Positions 42,701 through 52,300 are shown, counted from the first letter of the stretch. The stretch: DNA of 64,000 bases from Candidatus Poribacteria bacterium (GCA_965215265.1 OZ244048.1:384001-448000); one strand, 5' to 3'. Notes: generated from the letters alone by a model not told the origin. A program made the numbers and translations.

Positions 42701-43279
42701 AGCATCACAAATTTGACGTGTCGCCGATTCAAATAGCGCAGTTATCTCAGAGGCAGACGGCGAACCCCCATTTGCTACCATTTCTTTCAGGTTGTCGAGA
42801 ACCGCAGCAGCACCCCAATCGCCGTTTGAACGACTGAGCCCATGCTGCAGACCCCGCAGCAGACTACGCGTAAGCGGCGCACGTTCCCCCGAAATCAACA
42901 CAGGACAGAAACCAGATGACGACACCGCCCCCTTACCGTTTGCACCGACAGATACGAATCGCGCATGCAGCTCAGCATCACCCGCCTTCAGGATTTCTAA
43001 AGCCTGGCGCGCCGCGGAAGTGTCACGGGCACCGAGTAACTGTGCCGCAAAGAGTGCAAATGCCGACTTCCCCGAACCATACGGGCCCGTCAGAGACCAC
43101 GCCTTTGAACCACGTTCGTTTTCAAACGTAGAAACCACACGCCCCAACATATCCCGCGCACTCACAGTCAAAACGTACCCATCCAGAACGCTCTCCGTGT
43201 AGAAATCGCGCTCCAGATGCACCGAACGCCTAAAACGCCCCCTAATCTGAAAAATATCTGACAACAAGGTGTTACTCAT
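39800..43279 (-). CDS. sspC: Large P-loop ATPase (SspC-like)
   Basis: FRRSVHLERD, GPYGSGKS, VVVDELGKFLE, QNERSLFAFL; 4-bp overlap with the DUF4007 gene. Confidence 0.7.
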   Translation of the reverse strand: MSNTLLSDIFQIRGRFRRSVHLERDFYTESVLDGYVLTVSARDMLGRVVSTFENERGSKAWSLTGPYGSGKSAFALFAAQLLGARDTSAARQALEILKAGDAELHARFVSVGANGKGAVSSSGFCPVLISGERAPLTRSLLRGLQHGLSRSNGDWGAAAVLDNLKEMVANGGSPSASEITALFESATRQICDAGGSGLLVVVDELGKFLEYAADRPAQADIFVLQSLAELADRSTPAPFFLMTILHQAFEFYVERASRSQREEWAKVQGRFEDVVFTEPTEQVLRLISAALVRHPEVVVPPNLNNAIALGLKPRQLNEDEFILLLKSCLPLHPTVALMIGPLFRRFSQNERSLFAFLSSSEPHGLQDFLASESYDGEVLPLFSLAELYDYLHTTQGHRLYASHNGKKWVEIESALDCLSDPSPLALRLIKTIGLLNVVNTGIPELKASAQMLRYALDANGGGFEEALADLKRRSIVIYRRYNDTYALWEGSDIDIEVRLREAAAHIGSELVLAADLSRYTQPRPLVARQHLFETGTLRHFTVRYTNLENFEADLSEPFEDADGLILYTLPATQEQVDQFIEKACGMDSVAHAAVLVAIPRSIESLQEVVFELACLHWVAENTPELEGDAVARRELLLRQMEAERAVSGQLTEIFKGDKDRDKTCLWYHKGKPVESINSQRARNRYLSEICKQVYPGTPIIRNELINRRSISATAATARRKLIEAMLERSDMENLGINGYPAEMSIYRSVLESTGMHRKVSDMWGFCPPTEESLMPVWGEIDAFLEECEGERQPVVALYKCLEAEPYGVRNGLLPILLCAALLHYKSEIALYENGGFAPEWSVPLFERLLKMPQRFEIKRFRMTAIRGELFEQFLKVLRQSSEPGEPDLLTVVAPLMQFIAQLPDYTLKTEELSDEAKRLRTSVTNAREPDELLFGELPKALGFPVFSPEIVDSQVVSDFCSRLQEVLSELRQVYESLLNSIEQRLKTTFALEDEKELQRVLVRRAEPLLEITVGGRLNGFLRRVCDGKLRNRTDWLEAVALYVANKPPRSWNDEDNALFEMNLSTLARQFHHFEAVSYEEQACRQPSSSEPVRVGITRPHQAEQERVVTLPSAADKQASEIEKAIDEVFKQFGMGTDTLELRVAIFARIAQKWMQQLQE

Positions 43280-44268
43280 TCTTCCCCTTCTTTGTCATAA
43301 TACTGCTTTAAAAGTCGCATCGACTCTGAATCACACCGACTATCGCGATGGAAAAGTCGCATCGACTCGGAACCACACCGACTATCGCGATGGAGCTGCT
43401 TTAAACCTGCAGTATCATCATATCGCAGTACACCCGCGGTAAGTTCTTCAAGCCTATCGAGATACAGAGTCATCGTGTCTTCATCTATTCTGAAAATTCG
43501 TCCCGGACTTAAGGGTTCATACATCAGCTCTTGGAAGCGCAATGTGTTCGCTGCAGAAAAACGTTTATCCCAAAACGCAATCAGCGTCGCCGTAAAGAGC
43601 TCGACCGGTAAAGTCTCTTTTCTCCCACGCTGGAACTCATAGCCCGCACCCTCCGGCAACTCACCGATTAAGTTGAGCTCAACAAGCGGACAAGCAAAAG
43701 TCTCCTCAACTAAGGCAGCGTTAAAACTATCAGGTGAAGCGCAATACGTCCGAATAAAACAAGTCACATCGCGCCGAAATGTATTGTCAGAAACAGGCCG
43801 CTTCGATACCCGCTGCTGCGATGCCCACTTCGACAATTCCGTTATAAAGGTGTCAAATGTGAATCGATTCTCCTTAAAAATGTTAAATGCCCAATACCAC
43901 GTAGTAGCCTGGTTGATATGAGTTGCAATCTGCCAATGAATGAACCACAGAGTAGCAGGGTCATCGAGGTACGGATCAAATCCGTCTTTCCCAAAAAAAG
44001 CCTCGCCGAGCTCTGTTGGCACAAATACCCCGGGTTGACGTGATACTGTCTCAATAAGTCCAGATACTCTGCACCAGTACCGAATAGAATCCACCATGTT
44101 TTTTCCGACACCTAAAGTGACGGAAGCCTCCTGCGATGAAAAAACATCCGGATCCTCGATTACCGCATCGACACCTTTCTTCAACCACATGTATCGCATC
44201 GGAAACGTCTGATGGCCTGAAAAGGACAGATTTCTTACTTGTGAAGGGTTGAAGCGTAGGTTACTCAA
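43276..44268 (-). CDS. sspB: DUF4007 protein (SspB-like)
   Basis: FSGHQTF..R..WLKKG, LGVGKNMVDSIRYW, DPYLDDPATLWFIHW, DTAGLKQ. Confidence 0.8.
   Translation of the reverse strand: MSNLRFNPSQVRNLSFSGHQTFPMRYMWLKKGVDAVIEDPDVFSSQEASVTLGVGKNMVDSIRYWCRVSGLIETVSRQPGVFVPTELGEAFFGKDGFDPYLDDPATLWFIHWQIATHINQATTWYWAFNIFKENRFTFDTFITELSKWASQQRVSKRPVSDNTFRRDVTCFIRTYCASPDSFNAALVEETFACPLVELNLIGELPEGAGYEFQRGRKETLPVELFTATLIAFWDKRFSAANTLRFQELMYEPLSPGRIFRIDEDTMTLYLDRLEELTAGVLRYDDTAGLKQLHRDSRCGSESMRLFHRDSRCDSESMRLLKQYYDKEGEE
43310..43393. repeat. 42-bp in-frame tandem duplication in the 3' end of the DUF4007 gene
   Basis: Copies at 43310-43351 and 43352-43393 with 2 mismatches; encodes HRDSRC(G/D)SESMRL twice. 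Confidence 0.9.
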
Positions 44269-44468
44269 ATTTTGCCCCCAAAAATGTACAAATCCTCAGC
44301 ACATGCAGCCCTGGGGGCAAAAAATTGAGAATAAGCGATAGAGAGACGGTACAACAAAAACAGCCCGCAGCCGGTGCCATCAACCAATATGACACACGAG
44401 CGCACGGACAAAAAATCGGCAAATGCCAATAACGTTTTACTTAATAAAATACTTAACGAATGTGAATT

Positions 44469-44478
44469 GGGGGGGGGG
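44469..44478. repeat. G10 homopolymer (C10 on the minus strand) in the leader of the defence operon
   Basis: Ten consecutive G. Confidence 0.9.
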
Positions 44479-44694
44479 TCGTGGCCTGTTAAACCTTGTG
44501 TACGAGAGGGATCTCGTGGAATTAACGACCGACAGCAATTGCAACCGGACGCTGGTACTGTTTTAAATCTAGGACTAATATGTTTATTCTTCATCTACTT
44601 TACCGGTTAGATGTGAGGGAGTATAACTTAAACCAGAATGGAAAATAATTGAGATAATACACATTTTTCTGTTCTTCGGGTCATATTTACCTAT

Positions 44695-44723
44695 ATTATA
44701 CCTTAAACTGCAAATCTGTTCAA
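44695..44723 (-). promoter_or_regulatory. Candidate promoter for the Ssp/Pbe-like operon
   Basis: Minus strand TTGAAC-17 bp-TATAAT. Confidence 0.5.
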
Positions 44724-44785
44724 ACTATTTCCCGGATTTGTCACGTTTTGTTTTATTATATGAATTATCAAATTCTTGTGCGATT

Positions 44786-45652
44786 CTAGCCTTTAAACAC
44801 CTCTCTTAGGTGCCAATCTATAAATTCTTCGTTCGGGTAATCCATCTGGCTATGAGGAAAACTAATTTCTTTTCCGTGGAATCTCATTAGCCATTCTTCA
44901 AAACCGGCTGACCCGTCTGCATCCTCAGATACCACTATTGTCAACTCCTCGGACAATGCAAAGGCCCCCCGGTCGAACAACTTATGATGTAGCGAGCAGA
45001 GAGCCATGCCATTCTCTGCTATATCCGGTCCATCCGCCATGCGCCATTTGATATGAGCCGCCTCTAAAGCGACAGGACGAGCTCGTAACGTTACATTAAA
45101 TCCACAAATCGCACACTCGTGGTTATAAGCATCGAGGATACGGTGCCGGAATTTAGGATCACGGGGCTGCCAGAACGATCCGAAAGATAGTTCAATGCCG
45201 ACAGCTTGTAAAATATCTTCATGGTATGAGATTGGAAAATGAGAAGCTAGCAACCGCCCAGTTATTTCAAAAACTAAACCCAAATCGCTTTTAAGTTTTT
45301 CGGCAATCGCTGCCGGAAAGCTACCGACACCGTACTCCCTCAAATCGGTGACGTACGCATCTCCACTAGCAGTCTGCTGAATTCTATGTGCATCGGATAC
45401 TTGCCAGATGTCGTCGTTTTGCAACCGCCAAAATGGCTGCTCAGGGTGATACCTTTGGCACCACGGTCCAAACTCTTTTAGTAAGTCCTTGAGTTCCTTT
45501 TCAGCTTCTGCAAATGGGATGTACTCAGTTTCGCTGTTCAGCAATTTGCCTATCGCATAAAGTAGCAGCAACGGCTTATGAGGCGCTCTTTCGCCGCCGC
45601 TTTTCCATACATTCAAGTCCTGAAATTTCTGAATAATTGATTCTCTGTCCAT
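44786..45652 (-). CDS. SBD-HNH endonuclease (phosphorothioated-DNA-binding restriction endonuclease family)
   Basis: RAPHKPLLLL and PEQPFWRLQND (sulfur-binding-domain-like); CAICG, LEAAHIK, NGMALCSLHHKLFDRG (HNH). Confidence 0.8.
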   Translation of the reverse strand: MDRESIIQKFQDLNVWKSGGERAPHKPLLLLYAIGKLLNSETEYIPFAEAEKELKDLLKEFGPWCQRYHPEQPFWRLQNDDIWQVSDAHRIQQTASGDAYVTDLREYGVGSFPAAIAEKLKSDLGLVFEITGRLLASHFPISYHEDILQAVGIELSFGSFWQPRDPKFRHRILDAYNHECAICGFNVTLRARPVALEAAHIKWRMADGPDIAENGMALCSLHHKLFDRGAFALSEELTIVVSEDADGSAGFEEWLMRFHGKEISFPHSQMDYPNEEFIDWHLREVFKG

Positions 45653-45727
45653 TTTCTATCTTCTTAGCTATAGAAGAGTTCCATTTTCTCTCTGCTGCGA
45701 ATCAGGATGCGATATAAACAAAGAAAT

Positions 45728-46420
45728 TCAACTTGTAAAAGTGGAATTCTGCTCTGTTTTATCTTCAATTTCCAGGAAATCCTCGTGCCTTTCTTCCAAG
45801 AGATTCGCTAACGCTTCTTCCATGGAATCCTCGGATGCTTCAGCATGATTCATCACAAATTCCCATGCAATATAGTAGATATTATCTAAGTCAAAATCTG
45901 AGGGGTGGTAACGGTCGAAATGAGCGATATCACAAGTATAAAGAATTTCCCCTACGTAATCAACCGCTCCATCGGGGAGTTCTGCGAGCATCTGTGCGGT
46001 TGTTACATCGTCCACCTTTATCTCGTATTTTTTGCTAATGTACTGTTTAATGACACGCGCAATTATTTTGTGGTATTCGGCAATTGCATCCTTCTCACGC
46101 AGGGCATAAGCATCTTCAAGCTGGCTGAGTGCTTGATCTTCAAAGGGCTTGCCGTCACCCAATGTTAGCGGACTTCTGCGCCGCTGCGGATTTGGCTGTC
46201 CCTTGCTTACCGTTCGTGCTCTTCTTGGACTTTGCGGGCTTCTATGCACGTGCTGAAGCTTCTCACGGTGCGCTTGCCGGTTGCGGCGGACACGCGAGCG
46301 AAGAACCAGCGCACCTGCCGCGAGAATGATGAGACACGCTGGTAAAACAACCCACAAAAGAGTGCTGACGATATCCATGAGTTGATATGGACTAGCACGG
46401 AGTCCAGCCGCGTTCTCCAT
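45728..46420 (-). CDS. Hypothetical single-TM membrane protein; start at 46420 or 46378
   Basis: Hydrophobic LLWVVLPACLIILAAGALVL followed by a soluble helical domain; the longer track ORF overlaps the upstream gene. Confidence 0.55.
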   Translation of the reverse strand: MENAAGLRASPYQLMDIVSTLLWVVLPACLIILAAGALVLRSRVRRNRQAHREKLQHVHRSPQSPRRARTVSKGQPNPQRRRSPLTLGDGKPFEDQALSQLEDAYALREKDAIAEYHKIIARVIKQYISKKYEIKVDDVTTAQMLAELPDGAVDYVGEILYTCDIAHFDRYHPSDFDLDNIYYIAWEFVMNHAEASEDSMEEALANLLEERHEDFLEIEDKTEQNSTFTS

Positions 46421-46544
46421 CTGGTTTCCTACGGTTTGCGAGAGAAACCCAACAGTTCCAAAATAGCCGGTGGAAGATCGGCTTTTGCGTGTCTCGCTGT
46501 TTTGTATCGTGCTTGCCAGAGTTGTGCCACACGCAAAAACTCGC

Positions 46545-48056
46545 CTAATCTTCATGGCATAGCCCATATTCTTTTGCTTTCCTTTGAATGGTTCGGCGGC
46601 TGATTTGCAAAATTTTCGCCGCTTTCGCTTTGTTATTCTCTGCATATTCAAGTGTGGCACGAAGAGCCTCGCGGCTAATTTCGTCAAGTGACATGCCGAC
46701 CTCCACATTAATGCGCGGCACAATGCTGCTGCTCGAATCTAACGTCCGAAGCGTCGGTAAGAACGGCATCTCTGAGACACCTTGATCTCCCTCAAAAAGC
46801 GGAGGAACCTTCTGATTCAGCGCAATGCTGCTTTCAGGTTCATATTGGGAAGACTCATGTTCCGCTAAGGTCTTCTCAAGGATGCGCTCAGGTAGTTCAG
46901 CCTGTTGTATCGCTGACTGTGTAGACATAACCACAAGCCCCTCAATACAATTTTTCAATTCTCGCACATTTCCAGGCCAGTCGTACTTCATTAACGTTCT
47001 AATCGCCGGGGTTGTCATCTTCATCAAAGCTTTTCCGTTTTCCCGACAAAATTCTGCGAGAAAATCTTTGACGAGCAGCGGAATATCTTCTACCCGTTCT
47101 TTAAGTGTCGGGAGGTTAATCCGGATAACGTTGAGCCTGTCGTAAAGATCTGGGAGGAACGTGCCGTTTTGGCATGCCGACTCCAAATCATGGTTCGTTG
47201 CACAGACGACCCGCACGTCAACTTTAATCGTTTTACTCCCGCCCATCCGTTCAAATTCTCGTTCTTCGAGGACACGCAGCAAACGTGCCTGATTGGATAA
47301 ACTGAGTTTCGAGATTTCATCCAAGAAGAGCGTGCCACCGTGTGCAAGCTCAAACCTGCCTTTGCGTTGATAATAAGCCCCGCTAAACGAACCACGTTCA
47401 TGACCAAAAAGTTCGGATTCCGCAAGGTTCTCGTTGAGCGTCGCACAGTTAAAAGCGATGAGCGAACCACGCCGCAAACTGCGATGATGAACCGCACGAG
47501 CAACGAGCTCTTTACCTGTCCCACGCGCACCGTAGATAAGCACCGTCGCTTTTGTCGGCGCGACTTGCGTCACCATCTCACGGATCCTGATGATTTGCGG
47601 GGACTGACCGGTCAGACGCCGTAAGCCCTCATTTTCGTCTATTTGCGATTGCAACTGGCGGTTCTCAAACTTTAGACGTTGACTTTGGAGCGTTCTCTGC
47701 AGCAGCGCCCTCAGGTGAACAGGATTCACCGGCTTCGGCAGAAAATAGGTCCCTTCATGCACTGTCATCGCTTTGATGCCGATATCAGTCTCCAAAATAT
47801 TGGAAGCCGTGATGAAAATCACACCTATATCCGGATGGTGCTGCATCGCCGCTTCTAACAAACTTAACCCATCAATCCGTTCCGCTTTCAGTGTCGCAAT
47901 CAGGATATCCGTTTTCAGATGCTCAAGCTGATAAAATGCTTGATACATGTTGCTCGTCACAACTAAATTGAGCCCCTCTTCACCGAGCGTTTGGCAGACT
48001 AGCTCGCGTTGCCGTGGGTCGGCATCTACAATCAGCACGGTTTTCTGTGTATTCAT
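46545..48056 (-). CDS. NtrC-family sigma-54-dependent regulator (receiver, AAA+, Fis HTH), atypical
   Basis: GTGKE, ESELFGH, GSFSGA, TLFLDEI, WPGNVREL, NKAKAAKILQISR. Confidence 0.9.
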   Translation of the reverse strand: MNTQKTVLIVDADPRQRELVCQTLGEEGLNLVVTSNMYQAFYQLEHLKTDILIATLKAERIDGLSLLEAAMQHHPDIGVIFITASNILETDIGIKAMTVHEGTYFLPKPVNPVHLRALLQRTLQSQRLKFENRQLQSQIDENEGLRRLTGQSPQIIRIREMVTQVAPTKATVLIYGARGTGKELVARAVHHRSLRRGSLIAFNCATLNENLAESELFGHERGSFSGAYYQRKGRFELAHGGTLFLDEISKLSLSNQARLLRVLEEREFERMGGSKTIKVDVRVVCATNHDLESACQNGTFLPDLYDRLNVIRINLPTLKERVEDIPLLVKDFLAEFCRENGKALMKMTTPAIRTLMKYDWPGNVRELKNCIEGLVVMSTQSAIQQAELPERILEKTLAEHESSQYEPESSIALNQKVPPLFEGDQGVSEMPFLPTLRTLDSSSSIVPRINVEVGMSLDEISREALRATLEYAENNKAKAAKILQISRRTIQRKAKEYGLCHED

Positions 48057-48312
48057 TTTTTCTCACTACCTTCTTGATAAACAGCATAGCAAATTACGGG
48101 GCGTTGAGCATGCTGTAGAACGCTTCCCCCTTATTTCCAGAAAACGGACGGAAGAGATAGGGCATGCAGGGATGTCAGCATCTTGCCGGTAATTTGCGCT
48201 AAAGCACGGACCCATAATCTCAATCGCAACAAAAAACCGAGGTAATTCGGTAGCAGTCCTATAAATTCACTTTTGTCCGTTAAGAAATCTAACAGGCTGA
48301 ATGAACGAGTCA

Positions 48313-48755
48313 TCAAGCTAACTTTTTCCGGATGAGCCCACTCATTAAAAGGTTATCTGCCTTACCTCACACTTGAGGAGTTAAAGCAAACATCACCTTA
48401 CCCATATCTCTCATTGAGGTAGGACAGAGCTCGTCAATAACTTTTTTAGCGAGTACGGCAATTTCGGATTCCGAGAGCTGCCCCTGAAGAAATACTCCAA
48501 AACCTAAATTTGCTCGGATTTCCTGGCTATTAGTTGCGTTCAACCCCTGTTTTTTTTACTGTGCCAAGACCTCTTTGCACTTCTTTACTTGGTTAACTAT
48601 GATTTCCAGAATGCCGTTATCATCAAGTTTGACCACTTTTCAATCTCTTTATCCGGGATTGCACCGCGGATCGTCCGGATTGCGAAAAGTCGCAGTTTAT
48701 CACGTGCATTCATGACTCCTTTCATTTCTTCATTCAGTGTGTCATGAAGCGTCAT
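48313..48755 (-). pseudogene. yqeY: GatB/YqeY-domain protein pseudogene
   Basis: Manual translation across frameshifts and stops: MTLHDTLNEEMKGVMNARDKLRL...KEIEK / KLDDNGILEII..QVKK / QLSESEI...TSMRDMGKVM...GKAD...RKKLA. Confidence 0.8.
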
Positions 48756-49308
48756 CAGGCATTACGCCAAAATTTTATGTTTCATAAATTATAACCGATA
48801 ACTCCGTTATGAGTCAATAGAAAATTTACGCGCACTTCCTCTATTTTTTCTAGCAGATTTACGAGAAACGGGTTTTCGTGGAAGTTGATTCTTTTTTGAC
48901 ACGTTTCCACAAATCTAGAATACTGTGAGAACCGGCCATCGTGCCAATGCTATCCGAGCCGAATTTACCGGAACCCCTCAACGAAAGAGCAGAATACGTC
49001 GACAGATGTGTTAGTCGATACTGTCCCCCATTTCGCAGCTCTCTTGCGCCGCGCGGACTCACAGCTTTTCTCATACACAGACTCCGCCATCGTCCCCAGA
49101 CGCAACTCACAAAAAAAGTGCCGCTAAATCAGACTCCCATACATTTTTCTTACAATTTTTTTAAAAATATGATATATTAATGTGAACATCATAAAAATCT
49201 GCCTGACAATGTTGCAAACCTGCTTATCAGAGGAGACAACCGCATGCACAATAAACTCACAAAGCCCAGCCTCGTCCCTCAACCGCATGGCCCCAGAGGA
49301 GCAAACGC

Positions 49309-52300
49309 ATGAACAAAGAACACATCAGAGAGGCTCTCGCTGCAATATGCACTGGCCCCTTTTTACAAACCGCGAAAAACCTGCTCGCCACGCTCGGCTA
49401 CCGCAGCGATTTGACAGAAGCATTCTCTGGAACAGCCGGCGACTTTATAGAGACTTTCCCCGCATTCAACCCGAACACCCAAACGGAACAAGCCCTCCGA
49501 AACCACGCAGCCTCGATACACTTCATCTTCCAACTCACAGACGCAGAAATAGATGGCGAAACGCAACAGCGGTTAGAACTCTTTGAAGGAAACGATGCGG
49601 AAAGTTTCTTTTTCTTCGCGGTTGAACTAAAAGAGAAAACCTACTCCCGCGGTGCGTACGCAGAATTGACGCGAGAAATCAATAAGCGTCTGATTGTTCC
49701 GACGGTGGTGTTATTTCGTGTGTCAACCCGGCTAACCCTCGGTTTTGTGGGACGCCGTCCACACGAGCACCACCCAGAACGTGATGTTCTCCAACAAGTG
49801 ACACTCATCAAGGATATTCGTCTTGAGGCACCGCACCGTGCGCATTTAGATATCCTCTCTGAACTTTCACGAACAGAATGCCTGAACTGGATGGACGCAA
49901 ATAACAGACAGAAAAACTTAGCCGGACTGCTATCCGCCTGGCTAGCGAAACTCAACACCGAAGCGCTCAATAAGCAGTTCTACCGAAGGTTGTTCAGCTG
50001 GTTTGAGTGGGCAGTGAGGGAAGCGAAGTTCCCGACAGCCGAGCTGAATCCGTTGGGTTCCGAAGCACACATCATCCGGCTCATCACGCGGCTGCTCTTT
50101 ATATGGTTCTTGAAAGAAAAAGGGCTTGTCCCCGAGTGGCTTTTTCAAGATTCCGGGCAGAAAGAGCAGGCGGGCACGCAAAACAACGAGCTGTCTGAAG
50201 AATCTGAACAGAATAGGCAGGTAAGCCTGCAAAACAACCAACAGTCTGAATACCCCCCCCCTTACAGACGTTAAGTCTTCTGCCGAACTCCACGACAGAA
50301 AGCAGCCTGCACGCACACCTCAAAAACTTTGAGCCCGACACATCCGACTACTACCAAGCCATCCTCCAAAACCTATTCTTTGCTACTCTCAACACACCTA
50401 TAAATCAACGCACATTTAGCACACACGATAACCGGAGCCACCGCGACTCAAGCAAATATCGCTATGCTGACCTGCTCCAACAACCCGACACCTTCCTTCA
50501 ACACCTAAAGCACGTCCCATTTGTCAACGGCGGACTGTTTGACTGCCTCGATACCTTTGAGGCAACCGGCGACGGCGGTGTCCGAATAGACTGTTTCTCT
50601 GATAACAAAACAGTTCGGCAAAAATTACACGTCCCCGCAAAACTCTTCTTTGACAAAACACACGGCCTCTTTCCTCTCTTCGCTCACTATAAGTTTACCG
50701 TCGAGGAAAACACACCCATTGAACAAGAAGTCGCGCTCGATCCAGAACTGCTCGGACAGATATTCGAAAACCTGCTCGGCACCTATAACCCCGAAACACA
50801 ATCCACCGCACGCAAAGCCACAGGCTCTTACTACACACCCCGCCAGATTGTCGACTATATGGTAGACGAGGCACTCATCGCATACCTCCTCCAAAACGTC
50901 AAACCCTACGACGGAAACACACAATCCCTTGAAGAACGCCTCCGCGAAGACCTCCTCGCTTACGAATCCCAAGGCAACATTGATGAAGACGCACATCACC
51001 TCATTCATCCAGAGGAAATCCAACCCCTCATTCAGGCAATCGACGCACTCAAAATCATAGATCCAGCCGTCGGCTCCGGGGCTTTCGCTATGGGCATCCT
51101 CAATAAACTCGTGCTCATCCTCCGAAAACTCGACCCGCAGAATCAAAACTGGAAGCAGCGACAACTTCAACAAGCTGAGAACATACCAGATACCCATAGC
51201 CGAGAAAGCGCGAAGCAGGCAATTGAGGCAGTTTTCTCCAAGGCGAATCACTACAACGACTACGGACGTAAACTCTACCTCATCCAAAACGGCCTCTACG
51301 GCATAGATATACAACCCATCGCCGTCACCATAGCAAAACTCCGCTTTTTCATCTCCCTCATCATAGAGCAGATACCCAACCAGAACCCTGACGACAACTA
51401 CGGCATCAGACCCCTCCCCAACTTGGAGACGAAGTTCGTTGCCGCAAACACCCTCATCGGCTTGAAGGGGGCAAAAGAAACGGATTTTCAGCGCTTGCTG
51501 GAAACAGACACCATCCAACAACTCCGCAACGACATTGAAGTCATCCGCGCCAAACACTTCTCCGGCAGCACCCGTCCGCAAAAACTTGAGGCGATGCGAA
51601 AAGAGGAAAAGTGCCGTGAAAAATTGGCACGAGCGCTAAGAACACAGTCGGAACAGTGGACGGTGCAGGAGCAAAGCCGGATATCCCAACAGATTGCGCA
51701 GCTGCCAAAAAAGGAGGCGCGCAACCAACTCCAAGAAAAACTCGAGAAAGCGTATGCAATTCGTCAGCAAAAGCTAACAGCCAGCGTAGAAGAGGCACAG
51801 AAAATCGCAGACTGGAATCCATACAACCAGAACGCCGTCGCCGATTTCTTTGAACCCGCATGGATGTTCGGCATCCACCACGGCTTTCACATCGTCATCG
51901 GCAATCCACCCTACATCCGACACCACAAAATTCACCATCTCAAACCTACCTTGAAAACACAATTTGGTGATTTCTTTACGGGCATGGCAGACATCAGCGT
52001 CTACTTCTACAAACGCGGAGCCGAACTACTACGAGAAGGTGGTTTACTCTCCTACATCTGCACAAACAAGTTTATGCGCAGCGGCTACGGAAAAAAACTA
52101 CGCCAATTCCTAACCGCTGAGATGGCACTAAAAACAATTTTGGATTTCGGCAGCCTTTCCGTCTTTGACGCAGCAGTAAATGCATCCATTCTCCTCGTTC
52201 AAAAGTCGCCACCTACTCCAAACCACACCCTCCATGCGACAACCCTAAGGCATGTTTCAAAGGAATTTAACGTCCGGAAAGCATTTCAAACGCAGGCATT

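Noticed and set aside
38971-44268. BREX type 4 system
   Set aside because: No PglZ or BrxL, and DUF4007 and the PAPS-reductase protein are separate genes; fits Ssp better.
50625-51581. 318-aa minus-strand ORF
   Set aside because: Antisense shadow of the RM methyltransferase, favoured by the biased codon usage.
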